Origin: an uncultured Acidobacteriota bacterium
GTDB taxonomy: Bacteria; Actinomycetota; Acidimicrobiia; Spongiisociales; ZC4RG35
Length of the DNA: 64,000 nucleotides
Direction: 5' to 3'
NCBI GenBank assembly: GCA_963828465.1
Contig: CAWHEU010000025.1
Coordinates: forward strand, 64,001-128,000
Shown here: piece after piece, positions 51,568 to 62,051 of the stretch
How the letters are laid out: each line of letters starts with the position of its first letter
How positions within the stretch are numbered: the stretch's first letter is position 1
Notes under the pieces: model-generated
What the model saw: only the letters and a program-made list of their open reading frames with translations
Databases searched by the model: none
What the model was told of the DNA's origin: nothing
Translations under genes and position numbers: made by a program

Positions 51568-53565
51568 TTGGCTGTGGCCCCTGGGCTAACCGCGAGGAGA
51601 GGCATTTATGCGATCTCCGCCGCGATCGTTCTCGTCCTGATGGTCGTCGGAGCCCTGTTCGCGGTGGTCAGCAACTTCGAGTTCCAGTGGGAAGAGAGCC
51701 CCATCCTGCTGACCATCTTCGCCTTCGGCCTCCTCGGCGCACTGGTCCTGTGGCGTCGCCCCGGTAACGCCATGGGCTGGGTCTTCTCAGCCATGGGTCT
51801 GAGCGGCACGCTGGCAGCCGCTCCCCAAACCGGCGCAGGCGTAGCTCTGGGTGGCCTGGGCTGGTTCACATTTTTCTTTCTCACCTTCGCCGTCCTCCCC
51901 ATGCTGTATCCCACCGGAGAGACCTTGCCGCGGTGGCGCTGGGTACTCCTCACCTCCATCATCGCCTATGCCGGTTTCGCCTTCCTCTGGATCTTCCAAG
52001 AGACCCTGTGTCTGGAAGTCAATGTGACCGATGGGGAGGAGGTCTGCATCGAATCAACGCCGAATCCGATCGGTATCGACGGGATCGAAAACCCCGAAAA
52101 CTCGGGGCCGGGCTCGATCCTGCTCCTCTCGTTCCTCATCGCCGGCGTGGCCGGCCTGGCGTCGCTGGCGATTCGCTATCGCCGGGCTCGAGGCATCGAA
52201 CGACAGCAGCTGAAATGGTTGCTGCTCTCCCTTGCCGCCCTGATGGGCTTCGTGTTCCTGTTCGACATCTTCCTGGCCGAATGGTTCGGTTTCCAATTGC
52301 CCGAACCGCTGTACAAAGCGATCATCGCCGTCTTGTGGCTCGGTCTGCCGACGACAGCAGGGCTCGCCATCTTCCGCTACGGACTCTATGACATCGATCG
52401 AGTCATCAGTCGTACCGTGGCCTATGGACTGGTGGTGGCCACCCTCACCATCGCCTATGTCGCGATAGTTACGGGTGTCGGCGCCGTCGTGAGCGAGTTC
52501 AGCCCATCCAACGTTGACCTGCCCATGCCCGTCATCGCCACGGCCCTAGTCGCGATCGCCTTTCTTCCGGTTCGGCAGAGAGCGATCAGGTTGGCTGACC
52601 GCATGGTGTTCGGAAGACGCCGGACACCGTATGAGGCCCTGGCAGGAGTCGGGGGTGCACAATTGGACGACCTGCTCCCGCAGATTGCACAACTCGCCAC
52701 TGAGTCGACGGCCGCCCGCGCCGCCATTGTCTGGCTCTCAGACGGCACGGAGTTGCAGCCTGCCGCCATTTTTCCCCAGAACGGCTCGCCACCCGAACCG
52801 ATTGCACTCGATGACGGTCGACTCCCGGCCGCGTCGGATCTGGGCGAGACTCTCCCCCTCACCCACCAGGAGAGTCTTCTGGGCGCCATCACCATCATCA
52901 CCGGCCCTGGGGAAGACCTGCCCGCCGAGGACCGCCGGCTCCTGACCGACCTGGCAGCGCATGCCGCGCTCACCCTGCACGGGGTGTTGGAATCCACTCC
53001 CCTACCCACAGGGATCGTCACATTCCTTATGACCGACATCGAAGGGTCAACGAGGCTCTGGGAAGATGATGCGGAAACGATGGCTGTGGCCCTCCGCACC
53101 CACGATGCGATGGCGCGCCGCGTAGTCGGCGACGGAGGTGGGGTCCTGGTGAAGTGGCGAGGTGAGGGTGACAGCACGTTTTCGGTGTTCACCAACGCGG
53201 GCCAGGCGGTGCTGACCGCCATGACTCTGCAGGAGGCGATCCGAGGCCATGAGTGGGGGACCGTCCGGCCAATCTCGATTCGCGCCGCCCTCCACACCGG
53301 GGAAGCCGAGTTGCGAGAGCGCGACTACTTCGGTCAGACGGTCAACCGATGCGCACGTCTCCGCTCACTGGCCAAGGGCGGCCAGACCCTGGTTTCAGCC
53401 GCCACACGCGAACTCGCCCGGGAAGGGCCTTCCCTGGAAATGCGTTTCGCCGATCTCGGCCAGCATCAGCTCAAGGACGTGAGCGAGCCAGAGCAGGTCT
53501 ACGAAGTAATCGCAACAACCGCCTCCGACGTATCGACCGAGATGCCGCCAAAACCCACGGACTAA
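51568..53565 (+). CDS. Multi-TM + GAF-like + class III adenylate/guanylate cyclase
   Basis: TFLMTDIEGST, GEGDS, HTGE..DYFGQTVNRCARL, GQHQLKD. Confidence 0.9.
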   Translation: MAVAPGLTARRGIYAISAAIVLVLMVVGALFAVVSNFEFQWEESPILLTIFAFGLLGALVLWRRPGNAMGWVFSAMGLSGTLAAAPQTGAGVALGGLGWFTFFFLTFAVLPMLYPTGETLPRWRWVLLTSIIAYAGFAFLWIFQETLCLEVNVTDGEEVCIESTPNPIGIDGIENPENSGPGSILLLSFLIAGVAGLASLAIRYRRARGIERQQLKWLLLSLAALMGFVFLFDIFLAEWFGFQLPEPLYKAIIAVLWLGLPTTAGLAIFRYGLYDIDRVISRTVAYGLVVATLTIAYVAIVTGVGAVVSEFSPSNVDLPMPVIATALVAIAFLPVRQRAIRLADRMVFGRRRTPYEALAGVGGAQLDDLLPQIAQLATESTAARAAIVWLSDGTELQPAAIFPQNGSPPEPIALDDGRLPAASDLGETLPLTHQESLLGAITIITGPGEDLPAEDRRLLTDLAAHAALTLHGVLESTPLPTGIVTFLMTDIEGSTRLWEDDAETMAVALRTHDAMARRVVGDGGGVLVKWRGEGDSTFSVFTNAGQAVLTAMTLQEAIRGHEWGTVRPISIRAALHTGEAELRERDYFGQTVNRCARLRSLAKGGQTLVSAATRELAREGPSLEMRFADLGQHQLKDVSEPEQVYEVIATTASDVSTEMPPKPTD

Positions 53566-53754
53566 CCCGCCACTCCGCTCCTGGTCGTCGCCATTTGTCC
53601 GGGCGTATCGCAAATTGCCCAACCCCAGACTCGTCCGGTTTGGTCCTGTTCCCTTTTCTTAGTCATTCGTGCCGCGGCGGCGGATGGCGCTGACCGACGC
53701 GATCTCAGTAGTACGCCGAATGCCGGAACCGCCAGGTCGCTCCGTACGCCTTGG

Positions 53755-54429
53755 TCACGCCTGTGAGAAGTCGGCCCTGTTCGGGATGCGGTCCGGCGGC
53801 GTGCCGATGACGATTGCTATGACGAGCTGGTCGTCGAGCTCGATATCCGCGGGGTCGCCCTCGTACTCCTCGCCGTCGATGTATACCGCGATGTCGGTCT
53901 CCGCCTCGCAGAACTCGCCGACGCACTCGTCATCGAGCCTGACTCCCCACTCGGTGAATAGCTGGCCGAGGGTCAGCAGCGTGTCGGCGGCCGCCTCGGT
54001 GTGGATCATGCCGGTCTCGTCGTGGGTGTGGAGCGGTGAGATGCACGGATTGGTGCACTCCTCGATGCCCCCGTACGCGCCATCGTCGGGGAAGTGCTGG
54101 ACACCAGGATCGGTGATGTCGATGCCAAGGCCGGCGGGCACGGGCACCGCCTCTCCATCGACGAAGACGCCGAGATGTGAGTGACGGTGCGTCTCCAGCT
54201 GCTCTTTGACCTCCGGCGTCAGACCCGCCTCGGTGGTCCGTTCGATCGGGTCGTCCGGCGCGGGCCACTCGGGGAACCCGTTGGCTGGGCGCGCCCTGTC
54301 GACGGACTCGCTCTCGTCTCCACCGCACGCGGCGACCGCGATCGCGCCAACAAGGATCACGGTCAGGCATGCGACGGAGGGTCGTCGGCTAAATGGTTCC
54401 ACGCGCCGACTTGCCCTTGGGTGTGCCAC
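53755..54429 (-). CDS. Hypothetical lipoprotein; start uncertain
   Basis: VAAC lipobox, HRHSHL, PLHTHDETGMIH, TLGQLFTEW. Confidence 0.75.
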   Translation of the reverse strand: MAHPRASRRVEPFSRRPSVACLTVILVGAIAVAACGGDESESVDRARPANGFPEWPAPDDPIERTTEAGLTPEVKEQLETHRHSHLGVFVDGEAVPVPAGLGIDITDPGVQHFPDDGAYGGIEECTNPCISPLHTHDETGMIHTEAAADTLLTLGQLFTEWGVRLDDECVGEFCEAETDIAVYIDGEEYEGDPADIELDDQLVIAIVIGTPPDRIPNRADFSQA

Positions 54430-54741
54430 CGATCTCCCGTCCCTGTGAACCCGAAGCTAGGTGAGTGCAGAACGTATGCCTGGCCGAACGCCCAAATAGA
54501 TTTCGCGGACCCGACGCGCCTCAACCTGCCGAGTGTTCCGACCCACCCCGATCGCTCAGCCCTACCCATATCGGGTAGAACCGGTGACCGGCAAGTGCTA
54601 GGACGATCCTGTTGACCAGCTTCATGGCTCTAGGTCGTCCGCCATGACGGAAGCATTCCAGAGAATGCGTCATCTATCACCAGATAGGCTGCCACCGACC
54701 AAGGTGCGGGGCCGAGGTTGTTACCCAGAAGGGAGATTGGC

Positions 54742-55092
54742 ATGCTGCCTATAACCCGCAAACACCTAGCTGACGCCGAAGAGACCATGACCTTCAAGCA
54801 TGGCAAGTCCATTCTCGTCCGCTTCGGCGACGAGGAGGTTTGGCGCTCCGAGCTGGAGCCCGGCTGGAACTGGGACGAAGATCTGGAGCCATACGCGGAA
54901 GGGGCGACAAGCTGCCCGCTCACCCACCGCGAGCTGGTGATCTCGGGCACCATCCGATATCTCATGGAGGACGACACCGAGGTGGTTGCATCCGAAGGCG
55001 ATGCCTTATTCATCCCACCCGGACATCGGGCCTGGGTTGTGGGAGATGAGACCTGTGTCCTCATCGACTGGCAGACTGAGCCAAGCTTCTGA
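54742..55092 (+). CDS. Cupin-domain protein
   Basis: LEPGWNW, SCPLTH, IPPGHRAWVVGDE. Confidence 0.85.
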   Translation: MLPITRKHLADAEETMTFKHGKSILVRFGDEEVWRSELEPGWNWDEDLEPYAEGATSCPLTHRELVISGTIRYLMEDDTEVVASEGDALFIPPGHRAWVVGDETCVLIDWQTEPSF

Positions 55093-55107
55093 CTCCAAAG
55101 AGCCGCA

Positions 55108-55216
55108 TGGTGCTACCTCCTCCAAGAGCGGTGGGGTGCGCTATGCAGACATCGGCCTTGTCGAGCTCAAAGGCCTCGCCGACGCCATTCACCTCCACTC
55201 CGCACATCGGAGGTGA
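55108..55216 (+). pseudogene. C-terminal remnant of a class III cyclase
   Basis: GVRYADIGLVELKGL...HLHSAHRR*. Confidence 0.45.
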
Positions 55217-55310
55217 CCACAGGGTGTCGACACCGGCAGTGCATGCGTTCAGGAAGGAGGCGCGGTCCGCGACCACACGTGAGTCGACGGGCCGGTAGTA
55301 CGGTCGAGCG

Positions 55311-55859
55311 GTGAGCGCCAATCGATTCGTGGCATTGCTTCGCGGTATAAACGTCGGTGGCCGCAACTTGATCTCGATGGCGGACCTACAGGACGCCTTC
55401 ACCGCCGAGGGATACCGCGATGCCAGGACCTACATCCAGTCGGGCAACGTCCTATTCGAGTCGGACACAGCCCGAGGCTCGCTCGAGGAAGAACTCGAGG
55501 CAATGCTCCAACGTCGGCTCGGCGTCGAGTTGGTTGTAGTCGTTCGATCACATCTTCAATTGCGCAACCTCGTCGCCAAGTCGCCAAAAGGGTTTGGAGA
55601 CGAGCCCAACCTCTATCACTCGGACGTGATCTTCCTCAAATCTCCTCTCACCCCGCATAGGGCGATGCGAGTGGTCAAGGTCCGGGACGGTGTCGACCAG
55701 GTATGGCCGGGGACTGGTGTCCTCTATTTCGCTCGTTTGAGCGCACGACGAACCCAGACCAAGATGGGCAGCATCGTCGGCACGCCGGAGTACAAGCTGA
55801 TGACGATCCGAAGTTGGAGTACGACAACCAGGCTGCTCGGTCTCTTCGATGAGCAATAG
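55311..55859 (+). CDS. DUF1697 family protein
   Basis: ALLRGINVGG, TYIQSGNV, TIRSWST. Confidence 0.88.
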   Translation: MSANRFVALLRGINVGGRNLISMADLQDAFTAEGYRDARTYIQSGNVLFESDTARGSLEEELEAMLQRRLGVELVVVVRSHLQLRNLVAKSPKGFGDEPNLYHSDVIFLKSPLTPHRAMRVVKVRDGVDQVWPGTGVLYFARLSARRTQTKMGSIVGTPEYKLMTIRSWSTTTRLLGLFDEQ

Positions 55860-56264
55860 ACGCGGGACGAGCCTCTCTCGAGCACATTTAGGCATCTAAG
55901 AGCGCCTCGTTGACCCGTTGATGGGGTTGGTCGGGGTCAGCGGCGCCGGCGTCCGCGGAGGGTAGCGAACGAGACCGCCCCGAGCGCGTAGCGCTCAACA
56001 ACACTGGAGGGGTGTTTCGGGGCCCCGGTAGCTGGAGCGAAATGAGTACACCTAAACGGGATCGAGAGATGTCCCGGAATCGGGTTTCGCACCGCTTGGT
56101 TTATCGAGTGGTCGGACCTCGCCAGCGTTGAAACCCCCAGCGAACTCACGTACGGCGAGGAAGAGTAAGAAGGTCCTTCGGGGCTGCTCTCATACATGCC
56201 ACCTCGCGGGAGGCTGGGAGTAGGGTCGAATGAGGCAACACGCGGAGCCTTGGAGGTGTTCGAG

Positions 56265-57122
56265 ATGGTGACCGATACACCGAGTCCGGTCAACATTGAG
56301 GAAGGCGAACAGATTGCCGAGGCCAACTCGTCGGGCCGCCAACCAGTTGTATTCATTCACGGTCTCTGGTTGTTGGCTTCGAGTTGGGATCGGTGGGCTT
56401 CGATGTTCAAGGATGCCGGCTATGCGCCCCTCACACCGATTTGGCCCGACGATCCGGAAACCGTGGAAGAGGCCCGAGCGCATCCCGACCTCCTCGCCAA
56501 CAAGACCTTGAAGCAGGTCGCCGACCACACCACGGAGATCATCGATGCCTTGGACCAGAAACCTGCGCTTGTGGGTCACTCCACCGGGGGCCTGCTGGCA
56601 GAGATGCTCGCGGGCCAGGGCCTCTCAGCGGCCACAGTCGCGATCGATCCGGGGGTCTTCCGCGGCGTCCTACCCCTGCCAGGCTCCGTGCTCAAGGGGG
56701 TGGGCCTCCTCCTGATCAACCCGCTCAACCGCGGTCGCGCGATCACGCTCACGTTCAACCAGTTCAAGTACGGCTGGGCGAACGCGTTAGATGACAGAGA
56801 AGCGAAGGAGCTCTACGACACATTCCACGTCGCCGGATCGGGGATATCTCTCGCCCAGATGGGCAACGCCAATCTCAATCCTTGGACAGAGTCCAAAGTG
56901 AACACGAAGTACCCCGACCGCGGCCCCCTACTGATCATCGATGGCGAGAAGGACCACACAGTGCCGTGGGCGATCGCGAACGCCGCCTATATGCGACAGA
57001 TGCGCAACCCCGGCGTGACCGAGATCGTGAAGATCCCCCATCGGGGGCACTCACTGACCATCGATCATGGCTGGCGCGAAGTAGCAGACAGGGCGCTCAA
57101 CTTCGTCAAGCGATTCGTCTAA
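56265..57122 (+). CDS. Alpha/beta hydrolase
   Basis: FIHGLW, GHSTGG, EKDHTVP, GHSL. Confidence 0.9.
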   Translation: MVTDTPSPVNIEEGEQIAEANSSGRQPVVFIHGLWLLASSWDRWASMFKDAGYAPLTPIWPDDPETVEEARAHPDLLANKTLKQVADHTTEIIDALDQKPALVGHSTGGLLAEMLAGQGLSAATVAIDPGVFRGVLPLPGSVLKGVGLLLINPLNRGRAITLTFNQFKYGWANALDDREAKELYDTFHVAGSGISLAQMGNANLNPWTESKVNTKYPDRGPLLIIDGEKDHTVPWAIANAAYMRQMRNPGVTEIVKIPHRGHSLTIDHGWREVADRALNFVKRFV

Positions 57123-57277
57123 CCGCACGCCAAACTTGCAGGGAGACGAGAACGCCTTCGAACCGGCGCGCAGGTCGGATGCGTGGGGTTCTCGCCTCTC
57201 CTTTTGGTAAGGCGCGAAGTTGCTATCCCACATCTAGGTCGGAACCGCCCGGCGACCCATCGTCAGGTGAGCGAAGA

Positions 57278-57910
57278 TCAGGGCTCGGTTGTTGCCTCTG
57301 CAACGTCGGGAACCAGGCCCTTTATGTCGTCGTAGCCCACCTCGGCGGGCTTGGCCGTCGGAGCGTATGTCAGCCAGATCACTCCAGTAGGGAATACCTC
57401 GGACCGAGTCAAGCTCAGGTGGTACGGGGTGTCACCGTCATTGAACAGGTGTCTGCCGCTACGGGCAGCCACCGGGTGGACCAACAGGCTGAGCTCGTCG
57501 ACCAAGCCGGCGGCCAGGAGTTGCTGGACAATCGAGATCGAGCCCGGGATGAGGATCCGGCCCACCGACGGTTCGGCCTTGAGGGCCGCCACCGCCGCGA
57601 CTAGGTCGCCGTCGAGCACCTCTGAGTTGCGCCAGGTGAACTCGAGGGGCTGGCGGGACACCACGATCTTTCGCTGGTCGCCAAGGGACTTGGCAAACGG
57701 CGCATCGACCTCGCCGGCGGTCTCCCTTTCGGGCCATGCACCGGCAAAGCTGTCGTACGTGATCCGACCAAGCAGCAAGACGTCGACTGCCTCATAGTCG
57801 TGGTCGACGGCCCGACCCATGTTGTCGTCGAAGTAAGGGAAGTGCCAGGACTCGTCGATCTCGGCCACACCGTCGAGGCTGATGAACAGGGTGGACACGA
57901 CAGTTCCCAT
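57278..57910 (-). CDS. Dihydrofolate reductase-like (RibD C-terminal) protein
   Basis: ISLDG, LLGRITY, GLVDEL.L.VHP. Confidence 0.88.
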   Translation of the reverse strand: MGTVVSTLFISLDGVAEIDESWHFPYFDDNMGRAVDHDYEAVDVLLLGRITYDSFAGAWPERETAGEVDAPFAKSLGDQRKIVVSRQPLEFTWRNSEVLDGDLVAAVAALKAEPSVGRILIPGSISIVQQLLAAGLVDELSLLVHPVAARSGRHLFNDGDTPYHLSLTRSEVFPTGVIWLTYAPTAKPAEVGYDDIKGLVPDVAEATTEP

Positions 57911-58029
57911 CTCAGACAGGGAACCTATCACCGGGGTGCGGAAAGAAGGGCACGATGTCAGTCAGGCGACGGCGCGACGGGTCAGTTCGATAAGGCCGTG
58001 TGGGAATTCACGGCGTTGGAGGACGCGTC

Positions 58030-58478
58030 GAGTCATTCCACGGGCAGCAGCCAGGGCGATCTCGTTATCAACGAACCTCGGCTCGGTGCACTCGTAGTCG
58101 GTGCCCCTCCAACGCACGGACACCTCAGAGGACTGGAAACTCTCCTCGCCCACGACGTGGAACTGACCGGCGACGGCGGAGGCAAGGTTCAGCCCTCGCC
58201 CACTCGTTGCGGGGACCAAGCCGCGTCGCCGCCGTGCTGGCAAAGGCGGTCCACACGATCGTCGGACTCCCGGGCGCCTCGTGGCGCCCAGTCGACGTCA
58301 ACGGCGGCGGCTCAGGAGCCCTCTTCCTCGACGGCCAAGGGAAGCTGATCGGCGTGCGGCACTCGACATCGCCGGCAGCCAGATCACAAACATCCAAGGC
58401 ATCGTCAACCCCGACAAGGTGGCCCACCTCGGACCGGTCGCCGACCTCAACTCGCTACTGGAGTCCGATCGCCGGTAA
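58030..58478 (+). pseudogene. ECF41/SigJ-type sigma factor C-terminal (SnoaL) remnant
   Basis: QGDL..LETLLAHDVELTGDGGGK, VNG..G, IVNPDK..HL across frameshifts; sigma domains absent. Confidence 0.7.
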
Positions 58479-59378
58479 TGAGTCGATCGACATCAGCCGT
58501 ACGTCGAGACCGCGGGCGAGCCCAGGCCGAAGCCCACGTCATCGTCGACTCGATGCGTGCGGGCGGTTGGTCTCGTCCGCGGATCGCGGCGTGTAGAGAA
58601 AAAGCCCGCCCTCCGACGCGTCGACACCGCGAGTAGGTACTATTGGAGGTGAGGAGAAGCCTCCGTCCTCGAGTCAGGACCCCGCCCTTCGATGGATCGC
58701 CTCCCTGGTTGCACCTAGGTGATCGGAAGCTGCTTGCGGCTTCGAAGGAGCGGGACAGTGTCTGGATTCGTCAGCAGGCCGAAAGGCCCATGTCTCCATA
58801 CAGAGATGCCCACGTCTCGTCTCGACCAACTCATGGTCATCGCCCGGTTCCGGGAACTCGGATTCACCCAGAGACGGTGTGAAGGCTGTACCTGGTGTTG
58901 GGCGGTCTGGGACGATGCCGAGGGCAACCGGATCCGGTCATTCCGAAGCGTCGGGCGAATAGCTGGCGTCGATTATGCGTGAAGATCCCTCGCCCTGTTT
59001 CCCCCAAACGCCCTTCCCCGCCCGGGAGAAAGGGAACCCGCCGAGCGCCCCCTGGCGTCATCCTTGCGCGACCGCGCTCGGCGGTTCTCTGCGCCCAGAC
59101 CTCCACCTTCCACGATCGATTGAATGACCCGCAGGCTCGGGTAAGGCGACCCTCGGAAATGGGCAGCAGACGGGGTCTGAGGGACCCCGATCACGGTTCT
59201 CCGGGATGGTCGCCACCACAACCGCCGGACAGAAATTCTACGTACGCGAACCGGGAAATCCCGAACACGCTCGCCCTCAATCGAGGATGATTGTCCAGGG
59301 CTTGGTTCTCGGTTCGTGCGGTTTTGGGAGGCCGTCCTCGAGGGTATGTGACCTTAGCGACCCTCGATAGGAGTGGCC

Positions 59379-59744
59379 ATGGCATTCAGTGTTCGATACA
59401 TCGTTGATGACGTCGACGAAGCGATTCGATTTTACGGCGAGAACTTGGGGTTTGAGGTCGACATGAACCCCGCACCCGGGTTTGCTGCCCTCAGCAAGGA
59501 TGATCTGCGCTTGTATCTGAATGCACCCGGTGCGGGGAGCGCCGGGGCTGCTGGTGGCAGCCCAGAACCCGGAGGTTGGAACCGATTCCAACTCACGGTC
59601 GACGACCTCGACAAGAGCATCAATGACCTTCGTGGTTCCGGAGCCAGATTTCGGGGCGACATAGCGGAGGGAGCTGGCGGGCGCCAGATCTTGCTCGAGG
59701 ATCCTTCGGGCAACCTGGTCGAATTGTTCGAGCCGAAGAGCTGA
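59379..59744 (+). CDS. VOC/glyoxalase family protein
   Basis: VRYIVDDVDEAI.FY, PGGWNRF, LEDPSGNLVELF. Confidence 0.9.
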   Translation: MAFSVRYIVDDVDEAIRFYGENLGFEVDMNPAPGFAALSKDDLRLYLNAPGAGSAGAAGGSPEPGGWNRFQLTVDDLDKSINDLRGSGARFRGDIAEGAGGRQILLEDPSGNLVELFEPKS

Positions 59745-59859
59745 GGCTCAACACCCCTTGGTCGGAGCGACGTCTAGCGCATGGAGCGCCACGCTGCCAA
59801 GCAGCGGTCGTCCCACAGGATCTCGCCGCCGCTGTCTGCGATTCGTCGTTGAGGCGCGG

Positions 59860-60205
59860 CTTGCTCAGGGTGCGGCCGAGCTTGGCGATCTCGACCAGCG
59901 GCCTGGGGACGCCGGCCGATTGATTTCTCACAAGAGCGACAGCTCACAACACGCTATTTTGGGGGCACCCCAAAGCTGAGGAGAGCCCCGTGGGCAGGAA
60001 GAGCGCCTCTTCACAATGCAGGGTGTAGTCGGGGTGTGAATCCGCCTGTCTCGAGTAGGGATCGGGCGATGTAGTTGGTGAGGTTGCGGAAGCCGAGGGC
60101 GGAGCCCCGCAGGTGCTCTATGCGGCCGCTGATCGCTTCGGTTGGACCTTTGCTGGTGCCGGGCGGGTCGAAGTAGGCGAGTACGTCAGCGGCTCGCTTA
60201 CTCAG
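59860..60205 (-). mobile_element. Internally deleted, circularly permuted ISL3 (IS1096-like) remnant
   Basis: LSKRAADVLAYFD..GPTEAI.GRIEHLRGSALGFRNLTNY at 60011-60205; GVPRPLVEIAKLGRTLSK at 59862-59920; IR-like ends at 59966-59987 and 60005-60025. Confidence 0.75.
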
Positions 60206-61170
60206 TTGATCCGTCGCCGGACCCAATAGATGGTGGCGACGATGAGCCCGACGGCGAGGGCGACGAAGATCGCCGTTTCGATGGCTTGGAATGCCCAGAA
60301 CTGGCCGAAGGGGTGGATGGTGAGCACCTCGGCAGAGGCAGTGTCCACCTCCGAGCCGGCGGAGACGATCCAGTCGCCGCCGAGGTCGTTGCGCATCTGC
60401 GGTATATCGGGCCCGAAGGCGATGTTCTCGAGTACACGTGTCTCTGTCGGCATGTAGCGAGTACGTGCCGCCAGCATCACGAGCAGTCGGGTTCCGAGGA
60501 AGCCGACGACGGTCGTCGCCATCGCGGGAAGCATTCGGCCGGTGACGGCGCCGGCGAAGACGCCCAGCGCAAGCGCGAAGAGGGCGTATCCGAAGACGAC
60601 GATGCCGTGCATGTCGAAGAAGATGTAGGTGAACCGCGAGCCCGACGTCTGCATCGCTGGCGTGATCCACCACGTGAGCATCCCGGCGTATATCGCGGTC
60701 ATGACCAGTACGGCGAGGGAGACAAGCCCGATCTTGGTTGCCGCCCAGCGAAGCCGCGAGACGCCCTGTGTCCACACCAGTCGGTGAGTGCCGTGTTCGA
60801 TCTCACGGGCGACGAGGGAAGCCCCCCAGAACATGCCGGCGAATATCGGCAGGGTCAACAGCAGCAGTCCGACGAATACGGCGTTCGGATACTCGCCGAA
60901 GAAGTCGCGTGCCGACTGGGCGCAGCGGCCGACCGCCAGGTCATCCTCGTCTACCGCCCGCGCACCCTCGACGCCTTGGCGGTCGAGTGCATCGGTATCG
61001 ATGACGACCGGCGCGGCCATGGCCTCGGGCAGGCAGTCGGGCAGGCCCAGCTCCTCGAACCGGTCGTGCATTGGCATGCCTGTGCCGACGAAGAAGGCAC
61101 CGAGGACGAGCAGGGCAGCCACACCGAAGAAGAGTTGCTTGCGATGTTGGCGCCACACGAGCCAGGTCAT
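60202..61170 (-). CDS. ABC-2 type transporter permease
   Basis: MTWLVWRQHR, AREIEHGTHRLVWTQ, FW.FQAIE. Confidence 0.88.
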   Translation of the reverse strand: MTWLVWRQHRKQLFFGVAALLVLGAFFVGTGMPMHDRFEELGLPDCLPEAMAAPVVIDTDALDRQGVEGARAVDEDDLAVGRCAQSARDFFGEYPNAVFVGLLLLTLPIFAGMFWGASLVAREIEHGTHRLVWTQGVSRLRWAATKIGLVSLAVLVMTAIYAGMLTWWITPAMQTSGSRFTYIFFDMHGIVVFGYALFALALGVFAGAVTGRMLPAMATTVVGFLGTRLLVMLAARTRYMPTETRVLENIAFGPDIPQMRNDLGGDWIVSAGSEVDTASAEVLTIHPFGQFWAFQAIETAIFVALAVGLIVATIYWVRRRIN

Positions 61171-62051
61171 GCGCTCAGATCCTGGTGGTCGGCCATTATC
61201 TCGCCGTTGGCCGCCAGGTAGGCGAGGACGAGGTCTTCGAGGGTGACGTCGCGTGGCTCCCAGGCGGGTTCGAGGGCTTGTGCGTTGGTTCGGACGAGGA
61301 GCGTGCTCTGTCGTTGCCCGTCGGTGGCGTGGACGACCTCTTCGACCCCGGCGATCGTGGCGCGACGTGGCCCCCCTGGGCCGATCAGGATCTTGTGGGT
61401 GGCCAGCAACTGGTCGGTCTCGGCGAAGACCTGGACGCGTCCGGCTTGAAGCACCAGGAGGTGGTCGCAGACCCGCTCCAGATCGGTGATGAGATGGGAC
61501 GACAAGACCACGGTCGTTGGCGTCTCGGCAACGGCGTCGACCATGGCGGAGAGGAATTCCCGGCGGGCGAGTGGGTCGAGGCTGGCGAGGGGTTCATCGA
61601 GGAGCAGCAGCCGTGGCCGCTTGGCGAGCGCGAGGCACAACGCCACTTGGGCGCGTTGGCCGCCCGATAGCTGGTCGACGCGCCGGTCGAGGGGCACTCC
61701 GACTTTGGGCAGGCGTTCCCGGCCGAACGCAACGTCAAAGTCGCGGTTGAGCTTGTCGCCCATCGTGAGCAGCTCGTCGGCGGTGAAGTCCTCGTACAGC
61801 GGCGCGTCCTGGGCAACGAAACCGACACCGGGCAATGTCCGGTCTCCCGGTTCTCCGCCGAGCACCCGGATCGTGCCCGCGGACGGTCGGGTCAGCCCGG
61901 TGACGCAATGAAGCAGGGTCGTCTTGCCGGCCCCATTGGGACCGACGAGAGCAACGATCGCCCCTGGAGGGATCGCAAAGCTGCAGTGGTCGAGCGCCAA
62001 CGTCCGTCGGTAGCGCTTAGTGATGCCGTCTGCGACGAGCGCGCCGCTCAC
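61167..62051 (-). CDS. ABC transporter ATP-binding protein
   Basis: GPNGAGKT, LSGGQ, LLDEP, SSH. Confidence 0.92.
   Translation of the reverse strand: MSGALVADGITKRYRRTLALDHCSFAIPPGAIVALVGPNGAGKTTLLHCVTGLTRPSAGTIRVLGGEPGDRTLPGVGFVAQDAPLYEDFTADELLTMGDKLNRDFDVAFGRERLPKVGVPLDRRVDQLSGGQRAQVALCLALAKRPRLLLLDEPLASLDPLARREFLSAMVDAVAETPTTVVLSSHLITDLERVCDHLLVLQAGRVQVFAETDQLLATHKILIGPGGPRRATIAGVEEVVHATDGQRQSTLLVRTNAQALEPAWEPRDVTLEDLVLAYLAANGEIMADHQDLSA

Noticed and set aside
60011-60775. 254-aa ORF as an intact transposase
   Set aside because: Only the last ~65 aa are ISL3-like; the rest is an alternate frame of the permease.
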